Shown one piece after another: positions 63,034 through 64,000 of a stretch of 64,000 nucleotides of DNA. The notes beneath the pieces were generated by a model. The model ran no database searches. It saw only the letters and a program-made list of their open reading frames with translations, and had not been told where the DNA came from. The DNA comes from Eledone cirrhosa (Eukaryota): the NCBI GenBank assembly GCA_964016885.1, contig OZ024750.1, forward strand, positions 124,001 to 188,000, read 5' to 3'. Position numbers and translations under genes: made by a program. The first letter of the stretch is position 1. Each line of letters starts with the position of its first letter.

Positions 63034-64000
63034 GTTCTTTAGAAATGTCATGTCATTATAGTACCCCTACGACACCCTCAGCTATTATGGATCCACAATA
63101 CCCATCCCTGAATGTAATATATGACCCTGTACTAATTGTGTAAGTGTCACAACAAAAAGCACCTAGACCACACTGTAAATGTAGTTGGCATTAGGAAGGA
63201 CATCCAGCCATAGAAACCTAGCCAGAAACAGTTCTATATGAGCAAGACACAGTCACCTGATACAACTTGCCTCTAATGGGACAACCCATCTAACCCATGC
63301 TACATGGAAAATGGACCTTAAACGATGATGATGATGAAATAACGTCATAATTATTCTACTGATTCAATAATAATTTCTAAAAGTGACACAAAGGCTATGA
63401 ATTATAAGGAAGGGTAACAGTTGATTTAAACAACCCTATTATTTGCTGAATTATTTAACATTACTGGTTACGTCAATAAAACTTTGACATTTTATTATAT
63501 ATGTTATATGTTAAATTTCTAACATAAAGCCAATTATTAAATGAAATATAATATTCCAATGAAAAATGTTTCCCCTTCTGAGATCATTATTCATTTGTAC
63601 AAAGAGAAAAAGCCCACAGTTCAAGGACATTGGTGATGGTTTCCTTTTACAGAGAAAAATATGGTAAATTTTAACAGGTTTCTACGTGAGGAGGAAAGGC
63701 TAGTACTGATATTTATCTCATCTCTTCACACATTTATTTTAGTTTATGACAGTTATCAGAGGCAGTGGAAAGGAATTCCAGCTGGATCTGGTCAAAGAGG
63801 AACAAAAATGACTTCCATATCAGGCATGTCAAACTGAGGGTCCCCCAGGGGCTATATGGGTCACATATGTGTTGTCTCAGGACAACACACAACTAATTGT
63901 TCACAATACAACTAATTTTTTTTATTTTATATTATGAAGATAAAACATGCTTGTGCTGTAAAAACCTATGTGCGGGCTGCAGGTGTGCTTATAAAGGGCC

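Overview
AT-rich, repeat-dense animal genomic DNA; the SINE/LINE content and long (TA)n tracts suggest a coleoid cephalopod such as an octopus (inference). Two + strand protein-coding genes were reconstructed by hand from GT-AG junctions with consistent phases. The first is a 13-exon, 1048-aa secreted six-domain multicopper ferroxidase (ceruloplasmin/hephaestin family, 18331-49282). The second is the first 14 coding exons of PYROXD2 (51831-62813, continuing beyond the window). The rest is mostly mobile DNA: a DD37D maT transposon with a nested LTR-like element, a deleted Ty3/Gypsy, RTE and CR1-type LINEs, mariner, piggyBac-type MITEs, Helitron-like relics and tRNA-derived SINEs. The most striking non-coding signal is at least 6 well-formed and about 7 partial, degenerate or variant type I hammerhead-ribozyme motifs in short sequence islands, mostly next to (TA)n. 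Some belong to a group with a shared GTACTCAATAC motif and long fold-back hairpins, most likely Penelope-like retroelement termini. The ferroxidase has an unusual T1 copper axial pattern (Met/Thr/Met) and three apparently intact cation-binding sites.
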